From Balanoglossus misakiensis (Eukaryota > Animalia > Hemichordata): DNA of 64,000 bases. Below are positions 14,088 through 26,957 of the stretch, piece by piece (within the stretch, counting starts at the first letter, position 1; each line of letters starts with the position of its first letter). The notes under the pieces are model-generated. The model had not been told where the DNA came from. It saw only the letters and a program-made list of their open reading frames with translations, and made no database searches. The stretch is from positions 16,291,028 through 16,355,027 of the forward strand of contig CM082576.2 of NCBI GenBank assembly GCA_040954595.2. The letters are read 5' to 3'. The translations under genes and the position numbers were made by a program.

Positions 14088-14207
14088 GCCTACGGCCATA
14101 CCACGTCAAATACACCGGTTCTCGTCCGATCACCGAAGTTAAGCTGCGTTGGGCGTGGTTAGTACTTGGATGGGTGACCGCCTGGGAATACCACGTGCCG
14201 TAGGCTT
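14088..14207 (+). rRNA. 5S rRNA (G21A variant)
   Basis: One substitution relative to the array consensus. Confidence 0.95.
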
Positions 14208-15164
14208 GAATTTTTCCTTTTTCTTAACTTTTGCATTAAACAGTCTTCCTTTTTGTCGTCGTAAACGTCCATTTTTAATTTTTTTTCTCCAAATTCTTTA
14301 ATTCCATGATCATTTATTTTTGTTGAACATAACTTCATAAACCGTTCTCTCCTGTATAGGTCTAAGCTATAGTCGCTCGATGGACAACATACAAATTACC
14401 AGGTCGGGCTCGGAGTGAGTAGTGTCCAGCTTACGTTGAGTCCATTGTCGCAGAAATTCAAGCAGTCTTCATTACATTGTTTTTAAACTTTCCTATTAGG
14501 CCTAAATAGTCTATTTATTTTTTGTCGTCATATACATCAACTTCTTTCTTTCTTTAAATTCATGATTTCTATAACTACCTCAATTCCACGATCATTCAAT
14601 TTTTTTTTTTTTTTGCAGAACATAGCAAGACAAACCCGTTCCCTCCAATATAAGATAGGGACGGTAATTAATTGCAATAGGGGCCTAATAAACAGAGGAT
14701 GGTCTAAAAGATATCGTTGGTGGTGCTATCCCGGACAGCCAGGGTCACGATGGGGTCACGTACGTCTATGATACCGCAAACAAGTCAACTCCACGCTAAA
14801 TTCAACCTGTCCGCCGGACTGGTAACTTTTTTACTATCAGTCTGATGGAAAAACAACCAGTCTCGGACTGTCGGACAGGCGTTATTTCGAATAGTGTGTC
14901 TTGCATAACATACCAATATAGGCCTTAGATAGGGACGGTCGATCGGCCACACAAATTATCCGGTCATTATTTCTCCACTTTAATATGGTCACTTTTGTAG
15001 GATATAACAAGACAAAACCGCTCTCTCCCATATAAATTATAAGATAGGGTCGGTCAATCAGCTGGCCACGCACACAAATTATCGTGCCGCGTGCTCTGTG
15101 TGTACTCCTATGTGTTAGTGAAGCTTCCGTTTGCTTAATAATCGTAGAAATTCAAGCAGTGTTT

Positions 15165-15284
15165 GCCTACGGCCATACCACGTCGAATACACCGGTTCTC
15201 GTCCGATCACCGAAGTTAAGCTGCGTTGGGCGTGGTTAGTACTTGGATGGGTGACCGCCTGGGAATACCACGTGCCGTAGGCTT
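15165..15284 (+). rRNA. 5S rRNA
   Basis: Consensus sequence. Confidence 0.97.
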
Positions 15285-16466
15285 GAATTTTTCCTTTTTC
15301 TTAACTTTTGCATTAAACAGTCTTCCTTTTTGTCGTCGTAAACGTCCATTTTTAATTTTTTTTTCTCCAAATTCTTTAATTCCATGATCATTTATTTTTG
15401 TTGAACATAACTTCATAAACCGTTCTCTCCTGTATAGGTCTAAGCTATAGTCGCTCGATGGACAACATACAAATTACCAGGTCGGGCTCGGAGTGAGTAG
15501 TGTCCAGCTTACGTTGAGTCCATTGTCGCAGAAATTCAAGCAGTCTTCATTACATTGTTTTTAAACTTTCCTATTAGGCCTAAATAGTCTATTTATTTTT
15601 TGTCGTCATATACATCAACTTCTTTCTTTCTTTAAATTCATGATTTCTATAACTACCTCAATTCCACGATCATTCATTTTTTTTTTTTGCAGAACATAGC
15701 AAAACAAAACCGTTCGCTCTCGTGCTGTTTGCGTGTGTTAGAACTAGGCTAAAGCTTCGTTTGGGTAAATTGTCGCAGAAACTCCAGCGGCTTTCAATTT
15801 TTGGTTTTTAAGTCCAATTTGGTGTATGATGTTAATATACCATTGGGACCTTATGGGGTCGGTTACATCTGTATGTCATAAACGTCATTTTTTTTAATTC
15901 ATCTTTCAAGTGTTTTGCATAACATGCCAAGACAAACCCGTTCCCTCCAATATAAGATAGGGACGGTAATTAATTGCAATAGGGGCCTAATAAACAGAGG
16001 ATGGTCTAAAAGATATCGTTGGTGGTGCTATCCCGGACAGCCAGGGTCACGATGGGGTCACGTACGTCTATGATACCGCAAACAAGTCAACTCCACGCTA
16101 AATTCAACCTGTCCGCCGGACTGGTAACTTTTTTACTATCAGTCTGATGGAAAAACAACCAGTCTCGGACTGTCGGACAGGCGTTATTTCGAATAGTGTG
16201 TCTTGCATAACATACCAATATAGGCCTTAGATAGGGACGGTCGATCGGCCACACAAATTATCCGGTCATTATTTCTCCACTTTAATATGGTCACTTTTGT
16301 AGGATATAACAAGACAAAACCGCTCTCTCCCATATAAATTATAAGATAGGGTCGGTCAATCAGCTGGCCACGCACACAAATTATCGTGCCGCGTGCTCTG
16401 TGTGTACGCCTATGTGTTAGTGAAGCTTCCGTTTGCTTAATAATCGTAGAAATTCAAGCAGTGTTT

Positions 16467-16586
16467 GCCTACGGCCATACCACGTCGAATACACCGGTTC
16501 TCGTTCGATCGCCGAAGTTAAGCTGCGTTGGGCGTGGTTAGTACTTGGATGGGTGACCGCCTGGGAATACCACGTGCCGTAGGCTT
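16467..16586 (+). rRNA. 5S rRNA (C39T, A45G variant)
   Basis: TCGTTCGATCGCCG versus consensus TCGTCCGATCACCG. Confidence 0.95.
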
Positions 16587-17743
16587 GAATTTTTCCTTTT
16601 TCTTAACTTTTGCATTAAACAGTCTTCCTTTTTGTCGTCGTAAACGTCCATTTTTAATTTTTTTTTCTCCAAATTCTTTAATTCCATGATCATTTATTTT
16701 TGTTGAACATAACTTCATAAACCGTTCTCTCCTGTATAGGTCTAAGCTATAGTCGCTCGATGGACAACATACAAATTACCAGGTCGGGCTCGGAGTGAGT
16801 AGTGTCCAGCTTACGTTGAGTCCATTGTCGCAGAAATTCAAGCAGTCTTCATTACATTGTTTTTAAACTTTCCTATTAGGCCTAAATAGTCTATTTATTT
16901 TTTGTCGTCATAAACATCAACTTCTTTCTTTCTTTAAATTCATGGTTTCTATAACTACCTCAATTCCACGATCATTCAATTTTTTTTTTTGCAGAACATA
17001 GCAAAACAAAACCGTTCGCTCTCGTGCTGTTTGCGTGTGTTAGAACTAGGCTAAAGCTTCGTTTGGGTAAATTGTCGCAGAAACTCCAGCGGCTTTCAAT
17101 TTTTGGTTTTTAAGTCCAATTTGGTGTATGATGTTAATATACCATTGGGACCTTATGGGGTCGGTTACATCTGTATGTCATAAACGTCATTTTTTTTAAT
17201 TCATCTTTCAAGTGTTTTGCATAACATGCCAAGACAAACCCGTTCCCTCCAATATAAGATAGGGACGGTAATTAATTGCAATAGGGGCCTAATAAACAGA
17301 GGATGGTCTAAAAGATATCGTTGGTGGTGCTATCCCGGACAGCCAGGGTCACGATGGGGTCACGTACGTCTATGATACCGCAAACAAGTCAACTCCACGC
17401 TAAATTCAACCTGTCCGCCGGACTGGTAACTTTTTTACTATCAGTCTGATGGAAAAACAACCAGTCTCGGACTGTCGGACAGGCGTTATTTCGAATAGTG
17501 TGTCTTGCATAACATACCAATATAGGCCTTAGATAGGGACGGTCGATCGGCCACACAAATTATCCGGTCATTATTTCTCCACTTTAATATGGTCACTTTT
17601 GTAGGATATAACAAGACAAAACCGCTCTCTCCCATATAAATTATAAGATAGGGTCGGTCAATCAGCTGGCCACGCACACAAATTATCGTGCCGCGTGCTC
17701 TGTGTGTACGCCTATGTGTTAGTGAAGTATTCAAGCAGTGTTT

Positions 17744-17863
17744 GCCTACGGCCATACCACGTCGAATACACCGGTTCTCGTTCGATCACCGAAGTTAAGC
17801 TGCGTTGGGCGTGGTTAGTACTTGGATGGGTGACCGCCTGGGAATACCACGTGCCGTAGGCTT
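17744..17863 (+). rRNA. 5S rRNA (C39T; 25 bp deletion in upstream flank)
   Basis: Upstream reads GTGAAGTATTCAAGC instead of GTGAAGCTTCCG...GAAATTCAAGC. Confidence 0.95.
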
Positions 17864-18659
17864 GAATTTTTCCTTTTTCTTAACTTTTGCATTAAACAGT
17901 CTTCCTTTTTGTCGTCGTAAACGTCCATTTTTAATTTTTTTTTCTCCAAATTCTTTAATTCCATGATCATTTATTTTTGTTGAACATAACTTCATAAACC
18001 GTTCTCTCCTGTATAGGTCTAAGCTATAGTCGCTCGATGGACAACATACAAATTACCAGGTCGGGCTCGGAGTGAGTAGTGTCCAGCTTACGTTGAGTCC
18101 ATTGTCGCAGAAATTCAAGCAGTCTTCATTACATTGTTTTTAAACTTTCCTATTAGGCCTAAATAGTCTATTTATTTTTTGTCGTCATATACATCAACTT
18201 CTTTCTTTCTTTAAATTCATGATTTCTATAACTACCTCAATTCCACGATCATTCAATTTTTTTTTGCAGAACATAGCAAAACAAAACCGTTCGCTCTCGT
18301 GCTGTTTGCGTGTGTTAGAACTACATGTAGAACGTCGGTTGGATACAAAAGTGGAAATTCGGCATATTGTCTTGCAAGTATACATTTCTCGAGTGCACAT
18401 GTGAGATATATTTAATTACTTTCACTTCAGTGCATTGTCGACGCTAATAAAAATGCTACAATGCGGATTAAGGGGGATTAACTTACCGGTATGGGGCTCT
18501 GAAGTAGATACTGAAAGAGTGGCTTTAATTTATTTATGGCAACATATCTTATTCTCAAATTTTAGTAGTTCTAGAAATTCAATTTGTAATATTCTACAGC
18601 CTCCCACGTCATCTCCATTTGCATTATTCAGATAATAATTTACTTGATAACTTACATCC

Positions 18660-19217
18660 CCCGCTACATTTCATTTATTTGCCGGTTTGTCTAGTGTACC
18701 AGGGCAGAGTACTTGCCACCCCACCCCAACCGATGCTAACTTTGAGTGGAGTGGCAAAAGTAAAATTGGTCCTCCCAAACATTGAGTTAATTTGCTTTTG
18801 AGTTCATTAAAATGCAACTTTGGGCTACAAATTTTACAAAATTTTCTTAGGTGGGATGGGGACACGCCCACCCCCTCCACTTTTCTTGTTTACCAATTCT
18901 ACCATTGACGTGTCATTTTAATTTATTCATATATTTCTTTATTGCAATGCTATACTATTATACACTTCAATTATAAATTCCTTTAAGAAATGTATAATTG
19001 CGTTGTCAGGAGCCCCTTTCCCTTTATTGCACACAGTGTACATAAGATCACAATGGCGGATGTTTTCGGGGGGTGGGGGGGGAGTCATCATATTTTGGGC
19101 CTTTCAAAGATGGGGGTCATCATTTTTTGGTCCTGGGTGAATGGGGGGTCGGCCTGATTTTGAAAACCGATGACACAAACTTGCCGCCTTCCCAGCCGTA
19201 AAAACTGAACGGTCCCT
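18660..19217. mobile_element. Harbinger-like non-autonomous element fragment
   Basis: Ends AAAACTGAACGGTCCC|TTA; 18660-18930 is an inverted copy of 8170-8435; paralogous copy at 29128-29359. Confidence 0.5.
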
Positions 19218-20012
19218 TAACTCTCATTTGATTCTTGGAAAAAAAGACACCGCATAAACACAATGCACAATAAGTGTTCGTTTTAATGGCAACCAGAATA
19301 AACCAGAACAATAAAAGTCAAACACATATAAAAACTATTTCAATTACAGAATACTAGAACTCCACCAATTAATGACAAGTACAATTACGGGTTATTACAA
19401 TCGCAAGTGACAGTACTGGTTATTACTAACAAAACAGAAATATTGATCAATGTATACACGTAATTTGATTCTGGGAGAAGGCTCAATACATACAAAGTGT
19501 ACAGTAAGTGTACGCTTTAATGTCAACCAGAATAATCCAGAGCAATCCTTGACAAACACATACAATTTGTAAAGTTACAGAATACTATAACTCCACCAAT
19601 TAATGGCAAGTACAATTACGGATTATTGTGACATTACTGGTTATTACAAACAGAAATATTGACCCATGTATACATGCATATATCCAATACTGGCAGATTA
19701 CAAAGAAATGTATAAATTACATCAAACTGTATGAACAAACACAATCAATTAAAGACGAACGCAACCTAAAAAATTCTCATCCAAACGCTTCTCTTTCGGA
19801 CAGGTGTTTGGCACCTCTAGCTAAATGTACATCTATGCTTTTTACTTAATGCATTATCACCTAAAAACTCTTTCCAAAACGGCAATATGAACACTTCTTG
19901 CTTCATAAAGTCTAAAACACACGAACACATTTTGAGTGGTACATCATTAGTTTAGAACTCGTTCCATAAGCTTATTTTTGTCAATTCTGTAGACCAAACG
20001 GACGCCCCTGTG

Positions 20013-23000
20013 CTAAACGTGGCATCGTCCGTCAGATTCAACAACTCCCACCATTGCACTGAAAACAGTCAGGTGATTACACAGACACAGGGTAGAATTG
20101 AAGTCGGATTTTGGTGACACCTGCAAAAAATCGAGCAGAAAAAAATACATATTGACACAGCAGTGGGCGTTTCTTTGCAAATGAAACAAGATCAAACACC
20201 TGGTTCACGTCCCAGCGTTAATTTAAATAGATAAAGCGCCGTCACGTGAATCAGTACATTTTTAATGTTTTCCACAAGTTAACATTAATCGTAACATGCA
20301 CTGATTGCTACTTGTCTTTAGTTTCATCACTTGGAACTACATGGAGCATTTCATTTTGGCCAAAATTTAGAAGAAAATAAATTGTATACCTTACACCCAT
20401 CATTCTGCCAATTATTCTCATCAAAGTAGCTACATCTGTGTTGAGTAGTGAGAACCTTGATGTCAACCCCATGGGCTGTAGAGAAAAAGGATAACAGAAC
20501 TAACTTCGGTTTCTTCCACGTATGTCATATATAATCAAATGGAGTATATTTTGAAGTTGTGAAACAGGAATCACAATGGAATACTCCGAAAAAGGCCAAA
20601 TTTTCTAATATTTTAAAGTCAAAATGACCGCCAATATGTGCGTAATCCAACAGAGAAAAAGTAAATTAGTGTTTTTTATGACAACAAGTTGATAAATACA
20701 GTTTCCGGAGAACTTTAGACACAAGGCAAAATTTTGTATTATTTTAAATTCAAAAATCACGAAAAAATGCCAAAGGTGGCAGCTCTTTGTTCTTAAATGA
20801 AATCGCAAGATCGTGGCATAACTTACTATATACATGTTGATTGATGAATTTGACAGTGATATAAACAGCAAAACAAAAACAAAAACACGACATACCACTG
20901 GTAAGGTCAAATGCTATGTAATACAAGCCCGTCCTGGTGATGTTTGCTTCTGGTAGAAATATGGATGCTGTACACCCTGCAAATACCAACTCAGTTACAT
21001 AATGGGAACCACTGTAGACACCGACGGCGTCAAATCTTTCCAGTGACATGTATGCTGTAGTAGTCTCGAAGACAGGCGCTGATGCTTCCATGATGATTTG
21101 AAATGCAGAGTAGGCCGATATCGCCTGCAACGTAAATAATGATATATTGACGCAATATAAATTTCACAATGAGATTTGTGAGGTAAAAGATAACACAGTG
21201 TTTGAAATAGCACCAATGTCATTTATACTCATGTTTGAGTTTTGCGCCATTGATCAAATGGTTATGTAAAAGACTAGATCAGAAAACATGCAATGATCAG
21301 TGAATTTCATATATTATGTATACATTACCGTTACTGTCAATGCATAGTGAGTGACTCCTTCCCTTTCCACGTATACTCCCCTGACGATGCTTTCATTTAT
21401 AGGTGTCTGATAATTACCAAGCCATACGCCGAGATCCTTGGAAGCATTTTTCACTGAAAAGGTACATGTTTCATGATAATTTTAAAACAATGCCAAAACT
21501 AAATTCACAAATTGGTCATTAATCGACTTCTGCCCTCCAAGATGGTATGTTTATACAAGTATGTCGCCGGGTTTCTAGTTAAAGGATTTCGCCATTTCCG
21601 GTTTAAATGGTGCGACGTTAACTGAGAGTTCAATGCGAATGTTAAGATACCACTGATGGCTTTAATGAAAACCAACCCTTAATCTCATTTCCATCTTCAT
21701 CTCTGATTTCCAGGGTCAGTATATCGGTAGTGAAGCCATGTGTCCTATTTACCAATCCGTGGGGGTTCCCACCGAAACGGAAAATCTAATTGTAAAAAAA
21801 AACTTACTTTAGTTATTCCTCGAGCACCAGAACGCATTATGATAACAGCAGAATTGTACATAAAACCAAAGATCGCCATTAGAAATGTTTATGGTCCTAA
21901 ATTGTAAAAAATTACAACGGTTGCATTGACACAGATATCAGCCTAAAGTTCATCCCATATAAACGCGACAGCTGCCCAGGACGTCACATTTACGTTAACT
22001 AGCTGCAAATGGTTATTCAAATATCCATATACAAGAATAGAGTAATGTTTTATATAAACAGACATTATATTTTTCTTAATATTATCAAAGTTGTATACGG
22101 ACCATTCTGTTCAAGACTGTGTCCCGCGACAATTGTGGAAACATACTGTCTGCTGGTGGAATATTGAATCCACTTCCATCTCCAATCATTATGGTGACGT
22201 TGCACAATTCCTGCGCAAAGTTCTTTTCCAAATGCAGCACAAGAGATGATGTTTTCACGATGAGTGGTCCATCTCCACAATGAGTCTTGTTCAGTATAAA
22301 CATTGATAACTGGTCGAATACTTTCGTTGTTATCTTTGTCAGGTGATTTGCCTGCCCAGGATTCAGCTTCTCGCTCGGATTGGCGTCAAATAGGGACTGC
22401 ATTCTGTCTATCACTTTTTGCATAACATTCAGTGTTTCTGAAATATGTAAACATTTGCATTTAAAACTATCTCACTCTGTCTGACTGTCTTTCTCGACTT
22501 CTAATTCAGTGTGTCATTCATCAGTTGAACACGTCCAATGCTCGATGTTTCTCTAAGCTACATATAAGATTATTTGACGGTCACCACTAATTTGCATGAT
22601 TTGTGGAAACAAACGAACTGCAGTTGATGCATTTTCGGTAAGCTTTATAATTGTAAGGTGATGTTTTTTCTGCGTCTGATACCAATATCGTTTTTACATC
22701 ATTGGATGATATTGAATGTGATGGATACCGATGTCACAGAATCGTCTTGATTAAAACAATAAATATCACAATACCTTTTGCAAATAGAATTCTTCCTTTA
22801 AATATAACACTTTTCGTTGAAAGGTCAGATGTTAAAGTGTCTATCTTGTCAATTACACTAATACCCTGGAAAAAGAATAGACAATTATTTAGTACGTGGC
22901 TTTATAGCTTTATATGGAATCATTTAGTATATAGCTTTAGTTGTCACAAAATAATCATATCCCATAAGGACCTTTAATAAACGTGTAAAGACAATTACAT

Positions 23001-26000
23001 AGTATGTGGTTTATAGCATTATGTGAAATTATTTTAGAATGTAGCATTAATTGTCAAAAATGTTCTGTCTCTTCAGTGGATTTCGCAAACTTGGGGCGTT
23101 ATACAATACAGTGCATTACATCAGTCTCAAATGATTGACACTTTTCTTACCACATCTGCTGTTCTGAATTCATCGTCACTTATCTTGACCAAGCTCTCCC
23201 GCAGTAGAAGTAAGTCATCATCTGAAAAATGTTGCAAATGTAAAAGACAGATGATGTGAGAGGTGCCAAAATATTATGTCTTGTATTTATAAAATTGAGA
23301 AGGCATTCACGACTTAAAAATAGTACATGAATATGCAACATTTTCAGGTGACATCTTTACTCCGTTGTCAACAACCTCCTTTCATGTCAAGACAGTCATA
23401 AATAATTTCAATGTCATGCATTCCTTTATATGTGTATACTAATGAAATCGGTAAAAATAATCTCATACAAAAGTCATCGCGAGATAAATGGCTCAACTAC
23501 TTACTTTTATCCTGACAAACAACCCTTTGACGTTCATTGCAGTCTACAGTGTTCCAAGTAAGTTTAACATCAATGGCACATCTGTATAACAAAGTATTGT
23601 TTAAGACATGTACAATGATTGCTGTACAGTGTCAATAGTGATCTCTACAGAATGCGGGCTGGTCATAAGGCCACATTTTGCGTTATTTGAATAAAATCAT
23701 TATTCATGAAGCATACCATGGCTTAGTTTTCCAAAATCGTTCAATATAGACTTAAACTTCACATGGGCAGGGTTCCGATTACTTTCTTACATCCACTGTC
23801 TTTCATATTTAAGGGACATGTTGAAATTGTAATGCAATCAGCGTTAGCTGTAAAGTATCATGCTAAAATTGTGCTTTGCAATCCAGACGATATGGCAGAT
23901 TAAGTTGATCAAATACCAGAAATGGTGCAAAATACTGACTGTAACCTTTAAGATAAGAAACACGTGTTGTAACAAGCATACACACATTTAACTGCCATTA
24001 TTTCTCCAATGTAATCTCGCAAGTTCCAATGCCTATGACAGGGACAAAAAGCGACTCACAGTACAGTCAGGACGTAAGTGGGGTAATTACGGCGGTGAGA
24101 TCAGAGAGATCTATTTGAATGTGAACGTCGCTGAGTGGCAGTTACGGCCAGTTCGAAAAATTTTCAAACGGAGATTTTCGGTACTACAAGTGATCGTAGT
24201 GCACCCATTTTTCTAAGACGTGTATGAAACACCATAGTCAATGATAGGATGATTTTTCGTGAAGTTTTAACGACGCGTTCCCGAGAAAGACAGTTTCGGT
24301 ATGTTGGTTTAAATTGTGGTCCTTGACTCTCGGCAAAGATTTCTTGTCTTGAAAAAAATTGGGTAGGTTAGGAAGATATTGAACTAAGTTACCGTGAAAT
24401 TATAATAGTGTGAGCCGCTCCGTTGTTGAGTAATGACGGTGTAAAAATTGCCTTCGCCATCGACGAGTACAGCCCTGTTTGCCATATGTGTATGCATTGA
24501 AGTAGGTCAACGCATGTTAACCCATGACGTAATGGCTTCCTTTTCAACGCGTCGTTATCTCTCATTAGCATATTACATACCGAGTCTATACACTCTCCAC
24601 GCTGACTGACTTCTCAGGACTGACCTATGGCATTGTAAATTGTGGTCTTTGACTCTCGGCATGGATATATTCATGTCAAAATTATGAATAGAGGAGTTTA
24701 ATAATGTTTCTAAAACCTGAGGGGTTAATTTTTGTGTGGGTATGGCTGATATTTTTTATTTTTTATTTTTTAACTTCAAGGTCACTTTGAATTTCGTGAT
24801 CACAATTTTGTCAGTGGAAGTAAAGAAATTCTTCTCGATAAAACTTCATGAAAAATCACATGTAGTACACTCATAGTACCAGTAATGTGCCTGGGGTGAA
24901 ATAATTGTCAGAAATGGGTTGCAAGTTGCTTAACTTTCGTTGTGAAAAAAGTTGAAAAACTGTATGCAAATGAGCAATTCAAACGTTACTGGCCAGTTCA
25001 AGTGTTTGCATTGCATGATCCCCTGCTGTTTCATTACCCCACTTACGTCCTGACTGGTACACAAATACACAATCCGACTTCTAAAGCCTGGTTGGCCGCA
25101 AAAGGCGTGTGTTCCAATATTAAACCACTGGCTGTCTTTACATTGCCATCCGCTGTGATGATAGCATCAATCCAGACGGAGTAATTCCACGATGAAGTGT
25201 ATTCAGATACACAGTACTGGTCATATTTCCATCCAGTTGTGTCGGTTAGAAGACGTAACCCCAACTTCTCACATAGCTGGTCTGCATCCACCATACCCTT
25301 CTTGACTGTGGTAGTTAAGTCGAAAGAAGCTACAAAAGAGATAAAAAAACATAATTTATTTCCTTAAATATAAAATTAATGTCTACTTTGATTTCAATTT
25401 TGGGGTCTCTAATTAAAAACTGCAACAACATTTCTTTCAACAAACCAGGATAAGGTAGATCAGTCATAAGGTACACTAAGAGGCAAAAATAACTTACTAG
25501 CATTTTCACATACAACTGTAATCTTGTAGGCGCACTCTTGAGTTTTCCATGTGTCACCTCTGAGAATTAAAACTTCAAGTAAGTATATATTTTACCATCG
25601 CACATTAACGCCAGTCAAACCGTACACCTTTCATAATATATACTGCAAAACGTTCTCTGCAATTTCTCCTAAACTTTTGACTCAGATCCAAAGACAATGA
25701 AGAATTCAGTCTTCAAGATGTAAAATTCGCAGAAACATGAATAAATCAGTTAGATTGTTTTACCACATTTTGCAGAGAAAGGTTTTTGTTCAACGTTAAA
25801 ATGGACATATCTCACAGTTTCCGAATTATATTTTTCCACAAAAGGAGACATGTGTACGCAATTACAAAAGAGATAAAATTGTGATCCGAAGATATTGTCC
25901 ATTGTAACAACTGCATGTCTTTAAATTGTCAATCAACTCTGTCCCTGCTGATTTTCCATTCTGAGCTTCTGCGCATGACACATAATGATTGCTTCAAGTT

Positions 26001-26957
26001 TAGCTGTATTATAATGAGCACAAAAACACACATTTCTTCATATTTGAATATAGTTTCAAAACGCTCAACTCACGCCATTACGAGACACTCTCCATTTTTC
26101 TCTGAAAAATCTGTACTCCTGGGCTTGTGAGTCAAAATTTCCCCGTATCTTGTGACTACGCGTCCGTTGTCAATCAGTCGAGCATCTATCCAGAATATTT
26201 CTCCTATTCCTTTTACACTGTTTACTATAGCTGCGTGTTTTTCTTCGCTGTCATCTTTAACAAGGCGAAGACCTAATTGCTCACAAAAATTGTAGGCAGA
26301 AAGGTGATCCAACGGCCTGAAAACGTGGTAGGTGACGCAACCTGGAAATAAAATCGTTATTCTTATGACAGTCAGTTTAAACAATCACAAAATAATAAGA
26401 TTCATGTGCTCCTGTTTTCAGGCCTAGGTAAGAAATATCAGCAAAGCGGCGAATCTACACCGTCTAGATGGAAAGAAAGGCTGTCAAGCAGCGAAATCGA
26501 GATAATTTAGCTGCGCAAGGGGTTTGTCAAGCAGCAACACCTAGATAGTCTAGCTGCAATTCCCGGGGTTTTTCCCGAAAGTCCGTGGGATTTCAAAATG
26601 GCGATCAGGAGTACAAACACTCGCTAACTGTCAGTTTTTCCTGATATTATGTGTTTAAAAGCAAAATTTAGGAATAAACAGTAGCGCGTTCTGGGACTAG
26701 TGCATTTAAAAATAGTTGTGCCAAACGATTTTGTTAAACTCTCAATACTTTTGAAGAAGATAGAAAAAAAAACCTCGGAGCACGGACACGTCTCTAGCTG
26801 ATATTTCTTACCTAGGCCTGGTTTTGAGGAATTAAAATGTCTTACCTGCTTGCTGCAGTAATGTCACCGACAGAATGACGAATGTAGGGATGAGCGTTAA
26901 CTTTAAGGGTATTTCACGACATTCTTGTAACATTTTACAGCTTCTCAGGCAAGTCAT
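20013..26957 (-). CDS. Secreted-type C-type lectin x2 + GAIN/GPS protein (PKD1-like/adhesion-GPCR-like ectodomain), copy A
   Basis: Approximate exons 26846-26957 (hydrophobic signal, ...TFVILSVTLLQQA), 26074-26341, 25498-25559, 25047-25329, 23505-23581, 23151-23221, 22776-22866, 22103-22437, 21678-21785, 21329-21454, 20896-21124, 20390-20476, 20013-20120. CTL motifs FCEQLGLRL..FWID..C and LCEKLGLRL..VWID; GPS CSYFDENNWQNDGCKV...CLCNHL|TVF. Confidence 0.8.
24064..25056. mobile_element. 993 bp non-autonomous TIR DNA transposon inserted in exon 4 of copy A
   Basis: Perfect 24 bp TIR CAGTCAGGACGTAAGTGGGGTAAT; 3 bp TSD GTA (24061-63 and 25057-59); absent in copy B. Confidence 0.9.
26419..26820. 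mobile_element. 402 bp MITE in intron 1 of copy A
   Basis: Perfect 24 bp TIR CAGGCCTAGGTAAGAAATATCAGC; 5 bp TSD GTTTT; empty site CTGTTTTGAGGA in copy B (~37374). Confidence 0.9.

Larger units (their letters stand above)
8641..18322 (+). repeat. 5S rDNA tandem array, 8 genes, ~1.3 kb unit
   Basis: Gene start spacings are 1304, 1301, 1301, 1303, 1077, 1302 and 1277 bp; spacers are near-identical. Confidence 0.97.

Noticed and set aside
8641-18322. Repeated short ORFs (MRGQLIDRPY..., MKLCSTKIND...) and a possible CRISPR-like array
   Set aside because: These are by-products of 5S rDNA units; spacers are identical, and one ORF is antisense to 5S.
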